A stretch of DNA of 61,258 nucleotides, filler included, from Corallochytrium limacisporum Hawaii (lineage: Eukaryota; Protista; Pluriformea): assembly GCA_002811645.1 (NCBI GenBank). It is 3 parts of 3 records of this genome, joined end to end, with 100 filler letters (N's around TTAATTAATTAA, not from the genome) between each part and the next. Parts side by side here need not be neighbours in the genome. Positions count along the whole stretch, not along the records: positions 16,806 to 45,561 come from PDIP01000143.1; 2 more parts are not named here. One strand, given 5' to 3'. Made by a program: the position numbers and the translations under genes. The notes below the pieces were generated by a model. That model did no database searches, was not told the origin of the DNA, and worked only from the letters and a program-made list of their open reading frames with translations. Each line of letters opens with the position of its first letter. The first letter of the stretch is position 1. Positions 25,849-37,484 of this stretch are shown here, in pieces.

Positions 25849-26586
25849 GGTAATAAAGTGCTTCCGTATTCCGTATTTTCTCTGCTATGTGTCCACGACA
25901 CCAGCAACGCGGCTCTATCGGTCACAGTGACTAAGCTATACTTCTCACCAAAGGTCACCCCTTTACCTACACTGACACTCTGTGTGACACCAACTGCGCA
26001 GATTACATGTTACCAAATACCAGTGTACCTCGGATTGCATGCATGTGGAAAGGCCAACGTCACTGTTATCACATTAAGAGCTCTCAGTTAACACCGGGTG
26101 CGTTGTCGCACTGTCGATTTCACCACCGCCCTGTGTCCGTCCTTCCCCCCTCCTCCCCCGCGGGGGGGGGGCCCTGCCAGGGCAGGGGCGGGAGGTGTTT
26201 CCCCCAGCGCGCGTGTGTGTGTGTGTGCGTGTGTCCGTGGGTGCTGTGTTGGGTGCAGCAGCACTCTGGCCGGGGTGACGACGAGTGTGAAGCGGAACTA
26301 CGTACGAAGTGCACGTATCCCTTTCTGCGCAATGCCGGGAAGAACTCTGTGTGTGTGTGTGTGTGCAAGACGCGTATCATGACCCACTCACACACATTCA
26401 CACACTCTACTCAACGCGTCTCTCTCTCCCCGCGTCTCGTAGTTCCTCGTTTGTTTCCAACGGCACGGGGTACGGTTTGGGTTGGTGTTTTGGGTGGTTT
26501 GCTTTGCTCCCTTGTCGTGTACCACCCCCACTGCCCGCCCGTACTAGCGCGGCATCGCGTGTGTGTCGCGTGTGTGTGTGAGTGAT

Positions 26587-26587
<1 letters not shown>

Positions 26588-26630
<43 letters not shown>
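26588..26630. repeat. (CT)n microsatellite
   Basis: Perfect CT run. Confidence 0.95.
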
Positions 26631-26634
<4 letters not shown>

Positions 26635-28597
26635 AATTTTTTTGTGTGGAAGTTGGGCCAAAAACAAAAGAAACAAATTACAAAAAAAAAAGAAAGAGAG
26701 AGAGAGAGAGAGGGGTCGAAACTTTCCGTGGCCCTGCCTGCCGAGCGGAGGAGCAGTCCTGGCTGGGTGGTACGCTCGTCGGGCCGCTGCCTTTGAATGC
26801 TCTCGGGGCCCTCATTTGTCGCCTGCGGGCGAGCGGGTGCCGGGAACGGGAACGGTGCGGGCGGGCGGGCCGGCGCCGCCTGGCCTTTCTCTCTGTCTCT
26901 CTCTGTCTCTCTCTCTCTTAACACCCCCTCCCCCTCCGGGGGTCTTAATCTTTAACTGCTCTCCGGCGGTGGTGGTATTGAATGTATAGCCCCAATTAAC
27001 AGAGAAGAAAAAAAAATAGAAAAGGAAGAGAATCGACTACCACCAAAAAAAAACCAAAACAAAAATTAAAAAGAGCAAAATAAGAAGAAGAGAGGAAGCC
27101 GGCGGCGGTGGGGGAGAGGGCGAGATGCCCGGCGCGGAGAGATCGAACATTTGCCAGGGTTTCAAAGGAACAAAAGAAAACAAAAAGAAAAAAAAAAGGA
27201 AAGAAAACGAAAAAACGAAAAATAAAAGGGAGAGTGTGTGACAGGCTGACATTTATTGGCCGAATTTCATCGGCCTGGGCCGGTGGTCATTTGCATTCTT
27301 GGCGATGTGTGGTGCTGGGGATTTGGTAAAAACCCAAGCCAGCCCGACGGATCGGTGCGCGGTCGGTGGTGTGTGTACGTGTGCGTGTGCGTGTCCGTGT
27401 GCGTGTGCATCAAGGCGATGTTTTCATTGCTCGTTCTTCTTGGCAGTTTTTGGGGGACACCGCCGGTATCCGGAGGCATCCTCCCTTTGGTAAAGGATGC
27501 TGTCCCGTCTCCAACGGATCCTTGTTGTGGACTTGGAGATCATACGAAGAACACGACTTGACCCTGACCAGAGGTCCTCGTGCCCCCAGCCACGAACGCG
27601 AACCCCGTGAATGGTGGGTATTCGCATTCCATTCATTGTGTGCATGTTTTTGACGCGGCACCCGTGGTGGTAATCCCCCCTCCGGTACTACTACTATCAT
27701 GTTAATGGTCTTCTGAGAAGCATCACCACCGTTCCGTTACCGTACCGTGATCTTGTTGCGATGGCCATGGCCGGATGAGGTTGGGTGTGTGATTGTGGTT
27801 GGGGGTGATGGGGGGAACGGTGATGCTCTGCGTTTACGAGCTCATGTGCTCGGCACGTACCCAATCTCTCTTCTGACCCGGCCATCATCGGTAAAGCCCT
27901 TCATCCACAACAACCAAAACCCAAAGAAAACACACTTCGGTCTGCGCAAGTGCATCGCACCAACGCGCGGTCATGGCCCTCCCCCTCTCCCTGCGGAGGA
28001 ACCAAAAGCAAAAGAGAGAAAAGCCAAAGGATAAGAAAGGAATGCAAAACGGCCAAAGGAGGAAAACAACAAAAAAATAGAAAAGGCAGAAATCGTAACC
28101 AACTAAAAAACAATAACAACCACGGGAGCTGTGGGCACGGGTGGACGGGTGGGTGGGTTTTGAAGGGGTGGGAAAATCGCAAAAAAAAAAAAAAAAAGGG
28201 GGGGGGGGGGGGGGGAGAGACGAAATTAACCGTGACCATTCTGCTTCCCTCGCTCTCCCTCTCTCCCCAGGCCTTCACCCCACCACCCAAAAAAAAAAAA
28301 GTGAAAAAGCCTGGGTCCGTACAGCCTTGCCTGGGCTCTTTTTCCCTTCTGTCGCTAGGGGTCGGTGGAGGGGAAGGGGGAGGGGGGGAGACCCTTTAGC
28401 CGTTTCGGGGGGAGGTGAGAGCGAGGCAGCCAGCCCCAGGGGAAAAACAGAAGGGCGATTGCGTGGTGGTGGGACGGGATGTGATTCGTTTTGTTGCCGA
28501 AAGAACAATGTAGGCCGGGTCAGTGTCTATGATGATATAAGGAAACCAAGATAGTATGCTGTGTATGATGGTGATGATGATGATGAAAACAAGGTGG

Positions 28598-31500
28598 TTA
28601 TTCCGTGCCAAAGCCTGACGTCTCGTCCATGGCAAGGACCAGCTTCTCGCGTAGCTGTTCGTAGCTCTTGTACGGTGGCAGATCGAGACGGTTGAAGCAA
28701 GTATGCGCCCGCGGGAGGTAGTCTGACTTGCCATCACGTTCAATGGTGAACATTTGTCGGCCATTCGAACCCTGGAGTTCCGCAAAGCCACCGATAGGAA
28801 TGCGGGACGTGCCCGTGGCAAACTGCAGGAGCCGAGCACGGCGTTCGTTGTCAAAGCTTCGCACCGCCTTCCAGAACCACTTGACCTCCTTGCTGCCGGC
28901 GTGCAAGGGAGCACGGTACTGTGTGTGGGCCTCCCAATCATCGATATCAATCTCGGTGAGACCACAGATGAGCAGTTCCATCTCCTTCTCGTCAAACAGG
29001 GACAGGAGATGCAAGGGCACAACCTCGTGGAAACCGTAAAGGAAGGCATCGGTCTGTTTCTCAACACCACGGCTGAAGCGCCAGCTGACCATGCGGTCGA
29101 CGTAGTCCTGCTTGTTCTCTTCAGTAACCTCGACGTCGGCGCCGTTCTCAATCAGATCGGCCGTCTTGCGCTCGCCAAGGACCTCATAATCTGCAGTGAA
29201 GGTGATGCCCAAGTCAGCGTCAGTCAAATCATTGTCGAGGATGTACTTCAGAGAATTGTACATGACCGGGTCCACGGATTCGAGATCCTTCAATGTGCAT
29301 TTGAGTCCGAGCATCTTCTTGTAGAAGGGGAGTGTGAAGCCCTTGTCAATGTACTTGTCATGCTGAACGGCCATGGCGACCACGCGCCCCACAAAACGGT
29401 AGTATTCCGGGTAGTCTGGGTTGATCGCGGAGGCTGGGTTGATCTGCAGGGTGTAGTTGTCCTGGCTCGCGTACTCAAAGAGTGCGTACATCGGGTTCAG
29501 GATCTCGTTGGATAGGAGGAAGAACCACTCGCGGGCCACACCACCGTAATCAAGACCGTCTTCACCGGTGAATTTGATCATCAGACGACGACGCAGATCC
29601 ACCGGATTGCGGTTCATGATTTGCTGGAAGGACGTCTCAAACAGGTTTTCACGGTCCACAATTAGTTTGCATTCACCAAGTGGTTTCTGCAGGAACTGGC
29701 GGAACGAGGCCAGCTTGAGGCGGAAGTTGCGCTGGTACTGCGGAACATTCTCATAGTACTTAATGCGCGGATCTTCAAATGTGGTGGCGCGCTTGTTATG
29801 ATCCACAAAGTACAAACGGCCCTGCGGTGTGACGCGCTGCTCCCAGCCTGGGGGCAGGGGCAGGTGAGCCACGGTGTTGACTATGCCTTCCTTGCGCGGA
29901 TCGGCCCATTGAGTGGTCTTGGAGTTGTGATTAACAAAGTACGGTCGACCTTCGGAGTTCATCCGCTTCTCCCATCCCGGGGGTAAGGGTCCGTTGCCGT
30001 CGTCCGAAGGGTTGGCGGCAGCGGCCAGCTGAGCCATATTGCTTGGATCGGGCATGGAGGACGACGCATCCGCACTGGCACCGGCACCTGCGGTGTCCCC
30101 CGCACCTGCATTGGACTGCAGACGGTAACGCTCATTCAGGCGCTCCTGAAGATGGTTGGATTCATAGTTCTGCTGTGACTGCCAGGCGCTCTGGCGGGCC
30201 AGGCTCTCGGTAGTGGGACGCACCCAAGTCGTGGTGCGACTGTTGTGGTCAACGTAATATGGGCGCCCACGGCTGTCGGTGCGCAGTTCCCAGCCAGGCG
30301 GCAGCGGACCCTGATCGTCGTAGGTCTGGGCGTTGCGGCGGGCAGTGGAGGGCAGACGGGGGCCGTCACCGGCGGGAGTGGCGGCGGCTGGTGCAGCAGC
30401 ACTGGCCGCCCCAGTGGAGGATGCACCGCCACTGGTGGTGAGGCGCTCGGCTTGGTCGGCTGCGGAGGGCGCCTGCCAGCGTGTGCTGCGGGTCATGTGA
30501 TCGACCCAATACGTGCGACCGTGACGGTCCACGCGCTTCTCCCAACGCAGGCGGGGCGTGGCGCCTTGGTCACCGTTCTCGGCCTCGGTGGGGGCGCTAC
30601 CCGGTGACGGCGGCGGGGGACGAGCGGGAGCAGCGCTGCCCGCAGTGGCGCTGGCAGTAGTGCTAGCAGTGGCAGTAGCTGCGGCGTTGGTTGTGGCACT
30701 GGCTGCAGTGGCGGCAGCGCCCGCTGTGGCAGCGGCCGCAGTGGCACCGGCAGCGGCTGCTGCGGTGGTTGCTGCGCTGCTGCCACTGTTGGAGTTCCCG
30801 CTATTGCCACGGCTGTGGCCAGCAGACCCGGCCCCCAGGGTGGCAAACATTTGTCCACGACCACTGCGGGGATTGCGCTGTGATCCAGTGGGGTTGTTGG
30901 GATCCACACCCAGGGCGTTTTCGGTGGTAGTGATGGCGAAGAGCTCGCCAGATGGTGCGGTGTTCTGAATATCATTCTCACCCGCCATGCTAATGGATGC
31001 GTTCATCTTGCACAGCTTATGCCCATTGCCGCGCTTGAAGTCAATGCTCGTAGAGTGCACAGAACCATTCTGGGCCTGACGTGGTAGCTGCATGATGGGA
31101 ATGTCATGGCTGCCAAGCAGGGTGTCCTTCAGGATTGAATTGTACATATACATCTCGACCGTGATAATGCTAATGTCCGTGACCAACATGGTGACCTTGA
31201 AGTTATAGTTGATAGTCCGCGCTTTTTCGAAGCGTCCCGAAGTAGCCACCTTGTTGCGATCGCATTGGATGACCAGGTAGGTCCTGCCCGGTGATCTAGT
31301 AACTTTGGAGACTGAAAAGTCTACGTCCGTTATTTCAATACTGAGCTGCCGCTTGCCCAAATGACCTGCACTGGGTGTGGCATTGTTGCTTCGAGCTGTA
31401 GAAGACGTGGCAGCTGCGTTGCTGGTAACGGGCCCGTCGGGCGTCGGCGACGCTGCTGGTTCCGGGTCGGATGGAGGTGCGACCGCATCGGGTGATGATT

Positions 31501-32296
31501 CGTAGTGGTGCTCCTTGATGTACGCAATAACTGCATCACTACCCCGGGCAATGACATTCTGTGGTGGTGCGTAGAGCTGCTTGTTGTCCGACAGTTCCAG
31601 GGTGTACAAATGGTCCGCAATCTCGTTCATTTCTGTTGGCAGATCCGCCAATTGGTTATGTGCAAGATTCAGGACCTTCAGTTTCCGCAGCTTTACCAGA
31701 TCCCGAGGCAAGTGGCGCAGCTGGTTGTGGCTGAGAATCAGTTTCCGCAACGATACCAGGTTACCAATTCTCTCGTCCAAGGTCTTCAATGAATTCCTGG
31801 ACAAGTCTAGTACACGAAGGTGTTGGGCTTGAAACACTTCGTTGGGCACAGCGTCCAATTTGTTGTGACTGAGGTACAACTCTCGCAGCAACGGCAGCTG
31901 GAGCAATTTACGCAAATGACCGTCCATTTGCCTCAGTCCACATTTCTCCACACGCAAAATTTCTACTTTGTCAAACTGCGACATGTCCGCTTTGCCCAAC
32001 TGGCTGATGTGACTCTCCTTGACAATTAGTTCCGTACCCCCGTAATATCCTGGAAAACTGCCTCCAGACGTCGGGCCCTTGCCATTAATTGCGCCATTGG
32101 TTGCCCGGCTTCCTTCGCTACCGCTTCCGTTCGAAGTGAATGGGTTGTTACTCCCTGTAAAGGGGTTGCTGTCGCCATTTCCTGAGAAGGGATTATCGCT
32201 TTTGTTGTTTGTGAATGGATTATTGGTTCCATTTTCAGATGGCTTCGGTTCTGGTTCAGTCCCAGGCCATGGGTCGCTGGAGCGCGTGCCAGACAT
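28598..32296 (-). CDS. NEDD4/Rsp5-family HECT E3 ubiquitin ligase with extra N-terminal NPF motifs and LRR domain (LRR-C2-WWx4-HECT)
   Basis: LRRs ([44 protein letters not shown]); C2-like domain; four WW domains (e.g. [32 protein letters not shown]); HECT with [12 protein letters not shown] and catalytic [14 protein letters not shown]. Confidence 0.95.
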   Translation of the reverse strand: MSGTRSSDPWPGTEPEPKPSENGTNNPFTNNKSDNPFSGNGDSNPFTGSNNPFTSNGSGSEGSRATNGAINGKGPTSGGSFPGYYGGTELIVKESHISQLGKADMSQFDKVEILRVEKCGLRQMDGHLRKLLQLPLLRELYLSHNKLDAVPNEVFQAQHLRVLDLSRNSLKTLDERIGNLVSLRKLILSHNQLRHLPRDLVKLRKLKVLNLAHNQLADLPTEMNEIADHLYTLELSDNKQLYAPPQNVIARGSDAVIAYIKEHHYESSPDAVAPPSDPEPAASPTPDGPVTSNAAATSSTARSNNATPSAGHLGKRQLSIEITDVDFSVSKVTRSPGRTYLVIQCDRNKVATSGRFEKARTINYNFKVTMLVTDISIITVEMYMYNSILKDTLLGSHDIPIMQLPRQAQNGSVHSTSIDFKRGNGHKLCKMNASISMAGENDIQNTAPSGELFAITTTENALGVDPNNPTGSQRNPRSGRGQMFATLGAGSAGHSRGNSGNSNSGSSAATTAAAAAGATAAAATAGAAATAASATTNAAATATASTTASATAGSAAPARPPPPSPGSAPTEAENGDQGATPRLRWEKRVDRHGRTYWVDHMTRSTRWQAPSAADQAERLTTSGGASSTGAASAAAPAAATPAGDGPRLPSTARRNAQTYDDQGPLPPGWELRTDSRGRPYYVDHNSRTTTWVRPTTESLARQSAWQSQQNYESNHLQERLNERYRLQSNAGAGDTAGAGASADASSSMPDPSNMAQLAAAANPSDDGNGPLPPGWEKRMNSEGRPYFVNHNSKTTQWADPRKEGIVNTVAHLPLPPGWEQRVTPQGRLYFVDHNKRATTFEDPRIKYYENVPQYQRNFRLKLASFRQFLQKPLGECKLIVDRENLFETSFQQIMNRNPVDLRRRLMIKFTGEDGLDYGGVAREWFFLLSNEILNPMYALFEYASQDNYTLQINPASAINPDYPEYYRFVGRVVAMAVQHDKYIDKGFTLPFYKKMLGLKCTLKDLESVDPVMYNSLKYILDNDLTDADLGITFTADYEVLGERKTADLIENGADVEVTEENKQDYVDRMVSWRFSRGVEKQTDAFLYGFHEVVPLHLLSLFDEKEMELLICGLTEIDIDDWEAHTQYRAPLHAGSKEVKWFWKAVRSFDNERRARLLQFATGTSRIPIGGFAELQGSNGRQMFTIERDGKSDYLPRAHTCFNRLDLPPYKSYEQLREKLVLAMDETSGFGTE

Positions 32297-32852
32297 TGTG
32301 ATCTATACGCACAAGTATCGGACCCAGTGCTGTACTCAGTTCCCTGTGTGACTCTGTCCTTTGCTGTCAGTATGTACCACACCGAAACTAAACTCTGACT
32401 TCACTAATTCCTTTTCCTCACTAAACCAACTATTGTTTTATTGCTGCGGGCCCTGAATGACAACTGCCCCAGCAAACTATGCTACTAAGGGAAAACATGT
32501 CCAATTTCATGTATACATTTGTTTGGGATCAAAAATAGCCAAGACTTTGTATTGCCATATTTCGACGTAAGCCAATCTCCACGGGGATTTCGTCGTCAAG
32601 CCATATTTGAAGCAACATGGTCGAGCCACATATTTTCAATTCATGCAAAATGAACCATACATGCTCCCCGGGTACGTAACCTGCTGCGAACTGGGGTGCC
32701 ACAAAGGCACAGAAAACTACACGACGTGCAATATACGTAGGCGGATGAGGTGCTGTGCCTCCGTTGTTCGTGACACGTCCTCCGATGGGACCCGAAACTC
32801 GGTCACCCCCCCTCCCTTTCACCCTGTCCTCTCGCCCACTCCGGCTCAACAC

Positions 32853-32856
<4 letters not shown>

Positions 32857-32898
<42 letters not shown>
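32857..32898. repeat. (CT)n microsatellite
   Basis: Perfect CT run. Confidence 0.95.
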
Positions 32899-32902
<4 letters not shown>

Positions 32903-34596
32903 CCTCTCCCTTCCCTTCTCTCGCAGTTCTGAGTCTCCCTCTGACTCTCACCTCGCACTGTGCGTGCGTGTGTGTGTGCTGTGTGCTGTGTGAGCTCCGG
33001 GCCCGTTGCCTGGCCCTCGTTCTTCTTGTCGCCTCCGGCCCCTGTGTATCCGTCTCGGAGCGAGAGGAGAGAGAGACGGGAGAGGAGAGAGAGACGGGAG
33101 AGGGAGCGCGACTATGGGCTCCGCTCCCCACTTTTTTCCCGCTCCCCGATGGCACCCGTACGTAATGAAACCATAAAGAATCGGACGGCCCAACGATCGG
33201 GGTGAGAACGCACCAGACTGTTTTGGGCCTATAAAGAAGGCGATAAGAAAGAAAAGTTGAAAAAAAAAAGAAAAGGAGAGAGAGAGAGAGAGACAGAGGG
33301 AGAGAGAGAGAGGGAGAGGGGAAGCGAGGGAGATGACGGTCCGCAGTGGTGGTGGTGGTGGTTCGATGGGGATGGTTTTGAAGCGGGTGCAGCAGAGGGG
33401 AGGGGGGGCGGGTTGAGTGTGTGAGTTGCGTATGAACGCCGATGAGGGTTGTCTTGTCCAAAGTCTGAGACCCCCCTCCCGGGGGCCTTCCCCCTGCCTT
33501 CAAAATGCTTGCGTTCCCCATCGGCGCGCAATCTCCCCTCACTTCGCCAGAGGCGTAGCCGGACTCTTCCCCTATTTTTTTAGCCCCAGTCCTTCTCTTC
33601 AAAAAAAATGACGGTCAACGTTTGGGTCCCGACAAAAAAGGAAAAACACCAACGCCCTGCGGCGGCGGTTGAACCGTCGATTTTTTCCTTTCTGTTTCTT
33701 TTACTCTTCCGTTTTTTACTTTACATTTTTCTTGGAGATGGTGGGCCTAAGTTTTGGGAGAAGGTCTCCCTTTTTGTTTTATTCGTTGGGGTGAAGAGTC
33801 CGGACGGGAAAAAAAGCCAGACCGGACGAACGGACGGACGGACGGCCAAAGAGAAAGAGGGCGGACAAAAGAGAAGGGAAAAAAAAATAATGGAGAAGGG
33901 GCTGGAAAGGGACCGGACGATTTGGACACGAGACTGGACCTCTATCCCGGAGAAGGAGCCCGGGGGGGGGGGGGGAAGAGTGGAGGAGCTCCCAGGCCCC
34001 AAATTACCCACACTCGCCACCGCGGTATGGGTCCTTCTTCTACGGTTGCGATTTTTTTTTGAGAAAGAAGTAAAAGACGTAGTATAGGCACCGCGAATGA
34101 CGACGGTCAGAGAGAAAAAAAAATACGGCACCGAACGACGGGGCTGGGGCCGGCCACGGACACAAAAAGAAAAGTCACAGCCAAAGAGAGGAGTTGGGCG
34201 GTAGTGAATGTACTGGGACAGTCGGGCTTACCATTTCTGGGCTGCGCTCGAATATCTGATTTCACTTGGAATTGGGCCACATTTCCGGTGATAAACCCAG
34301 TGAAGGGAGGAAAACATGTCGAATGTTTAGTACTGATTAACGAGTCGTTCAAATCTTGTGACCCATGAATGACTCGGTTCATAGGCACCACCGTGCGTGG
34401 TGCCGGATTTGCGTAGACCCGAAAGGGCGAGCCACTAAGAAGGAAAAGAAAGGGGAAAAAATTTACGCAAAGCTCCGGAGTATCCAACCTTTTTTTGTTC
34501 CCTGGTTCGGTTCCCGTCCTCTCTTTCCGGTAGAAAATGTAAGGAATCGCCCTTTCCGACTCCAGCGTGTTTTTGTCACCTGATACCCTTCCAAGC

Positions 34597-34600
<4 letters not shown>

Positions 34601-34659
<59 letters not shown>
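34601..34659. repeat. (CT)n microsatellite
   Basis: Perfect CT run. Confidence 0.95.
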
Positions 34660-34662
<3 letters not shown>

Positions 34663-35077
34663 GTGTCTCCCATCCCTACCATTAGTGGGCCGCCTGTGGT
34701 ATGTATGCCAGAGAACGGGCTAAAAAAAAATTGGTGGGTAGAGAGAACCGCGGTTTGGTGTAACTATGTAAGGGTGGTGGTGTTTGTTGGTGGTGGGGAA
34801 GAAAATTTTTTTCTTGTGGCAGTCGCTCACTGTTTTTTTCATTTGTTCTGAAGGGTTTGTCTCCGTCGCTCCATTCGGTAACTTGTTAGGTAAAACTTCC
34901 CGTACATTATATACTTCTACTCAGATTGTTAGGTGGCCACACCAGACCAACGGGTCCGACTTGAAAAACCCCCCCCCCACCGGGGGAAACCAGCCAGCGG
35001 GTCTCTCCCTCTCTTCACTACCCCCCTCTCTCTCTCGCTCTGTCTCTCGCTCTCCCTGTCTCTCTCTGTCTCTCTCC

Positions 35078-35142
35078 GTGTGCTTTCTCTCTCTGTGTGC
35101 TTTCTCTCTCTGTGTGCTTTCTCTCTCTGTGTGCTTTCTCTC
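35078..35142. repeat. 17-bp minisatellite (GTGTGCTTTCTCTCTCT) x ~4
   Basis: Units start at 35078, 35095, 35112 and 35129. Confidence 0.85.
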
Positions 35143-35635
35143 CTTCCCTGCCCCCTCTTTGCCACCACGCACGGCACAGCCGAGGCCCGCACCCCACGCC
35201 CCTGGCTCTCACCACCCACCCCCGGGAGTGTGCGTGCGTGAATGACGCCTCGCCTTTAGCAAGTCCGTCATGCTCACTGGGCGACAGGATTGGACAGGAC
35301 TTCATAGTAAATGTACCGGAAGTTGTTGGTGACGAACGTTAATTTTTGTTACGCGAAGGAGATATCCAAAGTCAGGTCCTGCCGTCGGTCAACACATTTT
35401 TTCGGGTTGGTTTAGTGGTATGTCTTTATCCGCCCGTGCGAGTAAGTGCGGCGGTGATAGTGAACAAAGGGTCGGAAATCAGTGACCAGGGGCCCCATCT
35501 TAACAAGTTTCCACGAAAAAGACTCTAGACTTGGTTTTTCTTTTTCTTTTTGGTATGGTTTCCCCTACGTTTTTTGGTCACACTTATTGATCACCTTACT
35601 ACTACTTTACTCACGCAGGACAGCCAATGAGTGTA

Positions 35636-35640
<5 letters not shown>

Positions 35641-35696
<56 letters not shown>
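35641..35696. repeat. (CT)n microsatellite
   Basis: Perfect CT run. Confidence 0.95.
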
Positions 35697-35700
<4 letters not shown>

Positions 35701-36792
35701 CTTTGGCTGTGGTAGTTGTAGGCCCCCCCCCACCTCGCTTTCGTTAACAATGGGACCAAAGGTGGGGAGAGGTGCTCCGTTAATCCAGGTAACGATAATC
35801 AATTAGGGTATAGGGTTCTTGGCCAATGGACAGGGGCCTATTTAACCCTGGATTACCCTACGGTGGTGGTACCAATGCCCTCCCCCCCCCTTCGGCCCCG
35901 GTACCACCGATGGTACTTAACGGGTGTGCAGTGGCACCGTCTTCCCTCCCCCCTCCTTCCTTCCTTCCCTTTTTTATTTCCTTCTCAGTGAGGAACTGGC
36001 TTTTGGGCGAGCGACCCCTCCCCCCAAAACCTGCCCTGCTTACTTGAAAGATCCAACAAAGAAAAAGTAAAACACGGAAAGTGGGGCAAAAGTCGTGTGT
36101 GTGTGTGTGTGGGTGGGTGGTGCGAACAGGTCTGTAACACCCGTTACACACACACACGCGGCGCCCCGTTGGCTTCTTGGAGGCTTAGCTATGTCTCTCC
36201 TTTCTTTTTCTTTCTGGGTTGGACCGCGGTGGCTGGAGCTCGCTCTACCTCTCTCCCAAGACCCCGGACCCGCGGTGGTGGTTGAAGGGGACGTGACCCG
36301 CACAGTTCCACTGCGCGAAAGTGAAGGCAAAGAGAGGGCGGGGCAAGCGACAGAAGGAAGGGGTCGTTATCGGTGCTACTGGGGTTTAGGACCGTGGGGT
36401 CTGGGTGTATTGAGTATGAATAGCGAATGAAATGAGCAGGGGACTAGATCGGACCAGTTGGGTTCCGTTCGGATGGGATCAGTGGTGTTGCCGGTGCTGG
36501 GTCTACTTTTGGGCAGTGGTTGGGGTGATTTGTCTGCGACTGTTACTGCTATCTTCCGGTGGAGGTTTTGTGCCAGACTGGGTCCTTGTGTGCACCACTT
36601 TGGACTGTAAAGGTGCTTAAAGAAACTTGACCAACACTGCAATGATTAGAGGACACGCGGCTTAAAAAACTACTTGGGTCCGTGAGCGAGGAAAGCACTG
36701 GTGACTAACCGGAAGAAGGTTGTGAAGAAGGATCGGCACAGGAAACGAAAAGAGGAGCTTCCCAACGGGAACAGAAAGGCTGGAAAGCAAAC

Positions 36793-37293
36793 ATGAACAA
36801 AGCTCCGGGAAAGATCCCTTCGGATCGGACCAATCAAGTCTACGATTCCAAAGGCCGAAGGGTGGTGGCCGGAGCAGTAATCTACAACGACAATGGAGAG
36901 ATCTTGCTTATCAGCAGCAGCAAAGAAGCAAAGGTGTGGATCCTACCCAAGGGAGGCTGGGAGAACACCGAAACAGTTGAAGAGGCCGCGGTACGTGAGG
37001 CAGAAGAAGAAGCTGGTGTGACAGGCACTGTTGAGGGTTATCTCGGACGCTACATCCTCAAGGAAGGGCGCACAGTGCTGGACTGTTTTGTGATTCGAGC
37101 CGATCTCAGTAAGAATGTGGCATGGACAGAAGAGGAACACAGGCTGCGAGTATGGGTTAACCTAGATGAGGCCTTGCGGCTATGTAATCGGAAGGCCTTC
37201 CAAGCCGCGCTCGAGCGGTACGGAGAAGGCCAACCCTGGGAGGAGTGCATGGTTACGAACGAACAGATCAAGGCCATACAGTCTGCATCGTGA
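36793..37293 (+). CDS. Nudix hydrolase, diphosphoinositol polyphosphate phosphohydrolase (DIPP/NUDT3, Ddp1/Aps1-like)
   Basis: Nudix box GGWENTETVEEAAVREAEEEAGV preceded by QVYDSKGRRVVAG..ILLISSS..WILPK, typical of the DIPP subfamily. Confidence 0.87.
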   Translation: MNKAPGKIPSDRTNQVYDSKGRRVVAGAVIYNDNGEILLISSSKEAKVWILPKGGWENTETVEEAAVREAEEEAGVTGTVEGYLGRYILKEGRTVLDCFVIRADLSKNVAWTEEEHRLRVWVNLDEALRLCNRKAFQAALERYGEGQPWEECMVTNEQIKAIQSAS

Positions 37294-37484
37294 GGAACCG
37301 TTATGAAAAAGGCCTACAGCGCAGACAAACCACAAGAAAACAACACATCACGTCAAAAGTCCACATGGCATTGGCATTTCTCTGTACAATAGAATAAGGT
37401 TCACGTGTACTTCATTAGATTCACATAAAGTTGCTACCGTCCGAGACGGTGTATGACCTTCATAGTTTAGTTGGAGCAGAATCT

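Noticed and set aside
28396-30981. Long antisense or alternate-frame ORFs inside the E3 gene (likewise 10137-10859, 24856-25485, 46344-47132)
   Set aside because: Shadows of GC-rich codon usage or repeats in real genes; no recognisable motifs.
32529-33602. 357-aa ORF and similar ORFs at 26-28 kb and 33-36 kb
   Set aside because: Non-ATG starts and SLSL/RERE low-complexity products from microsatellites.
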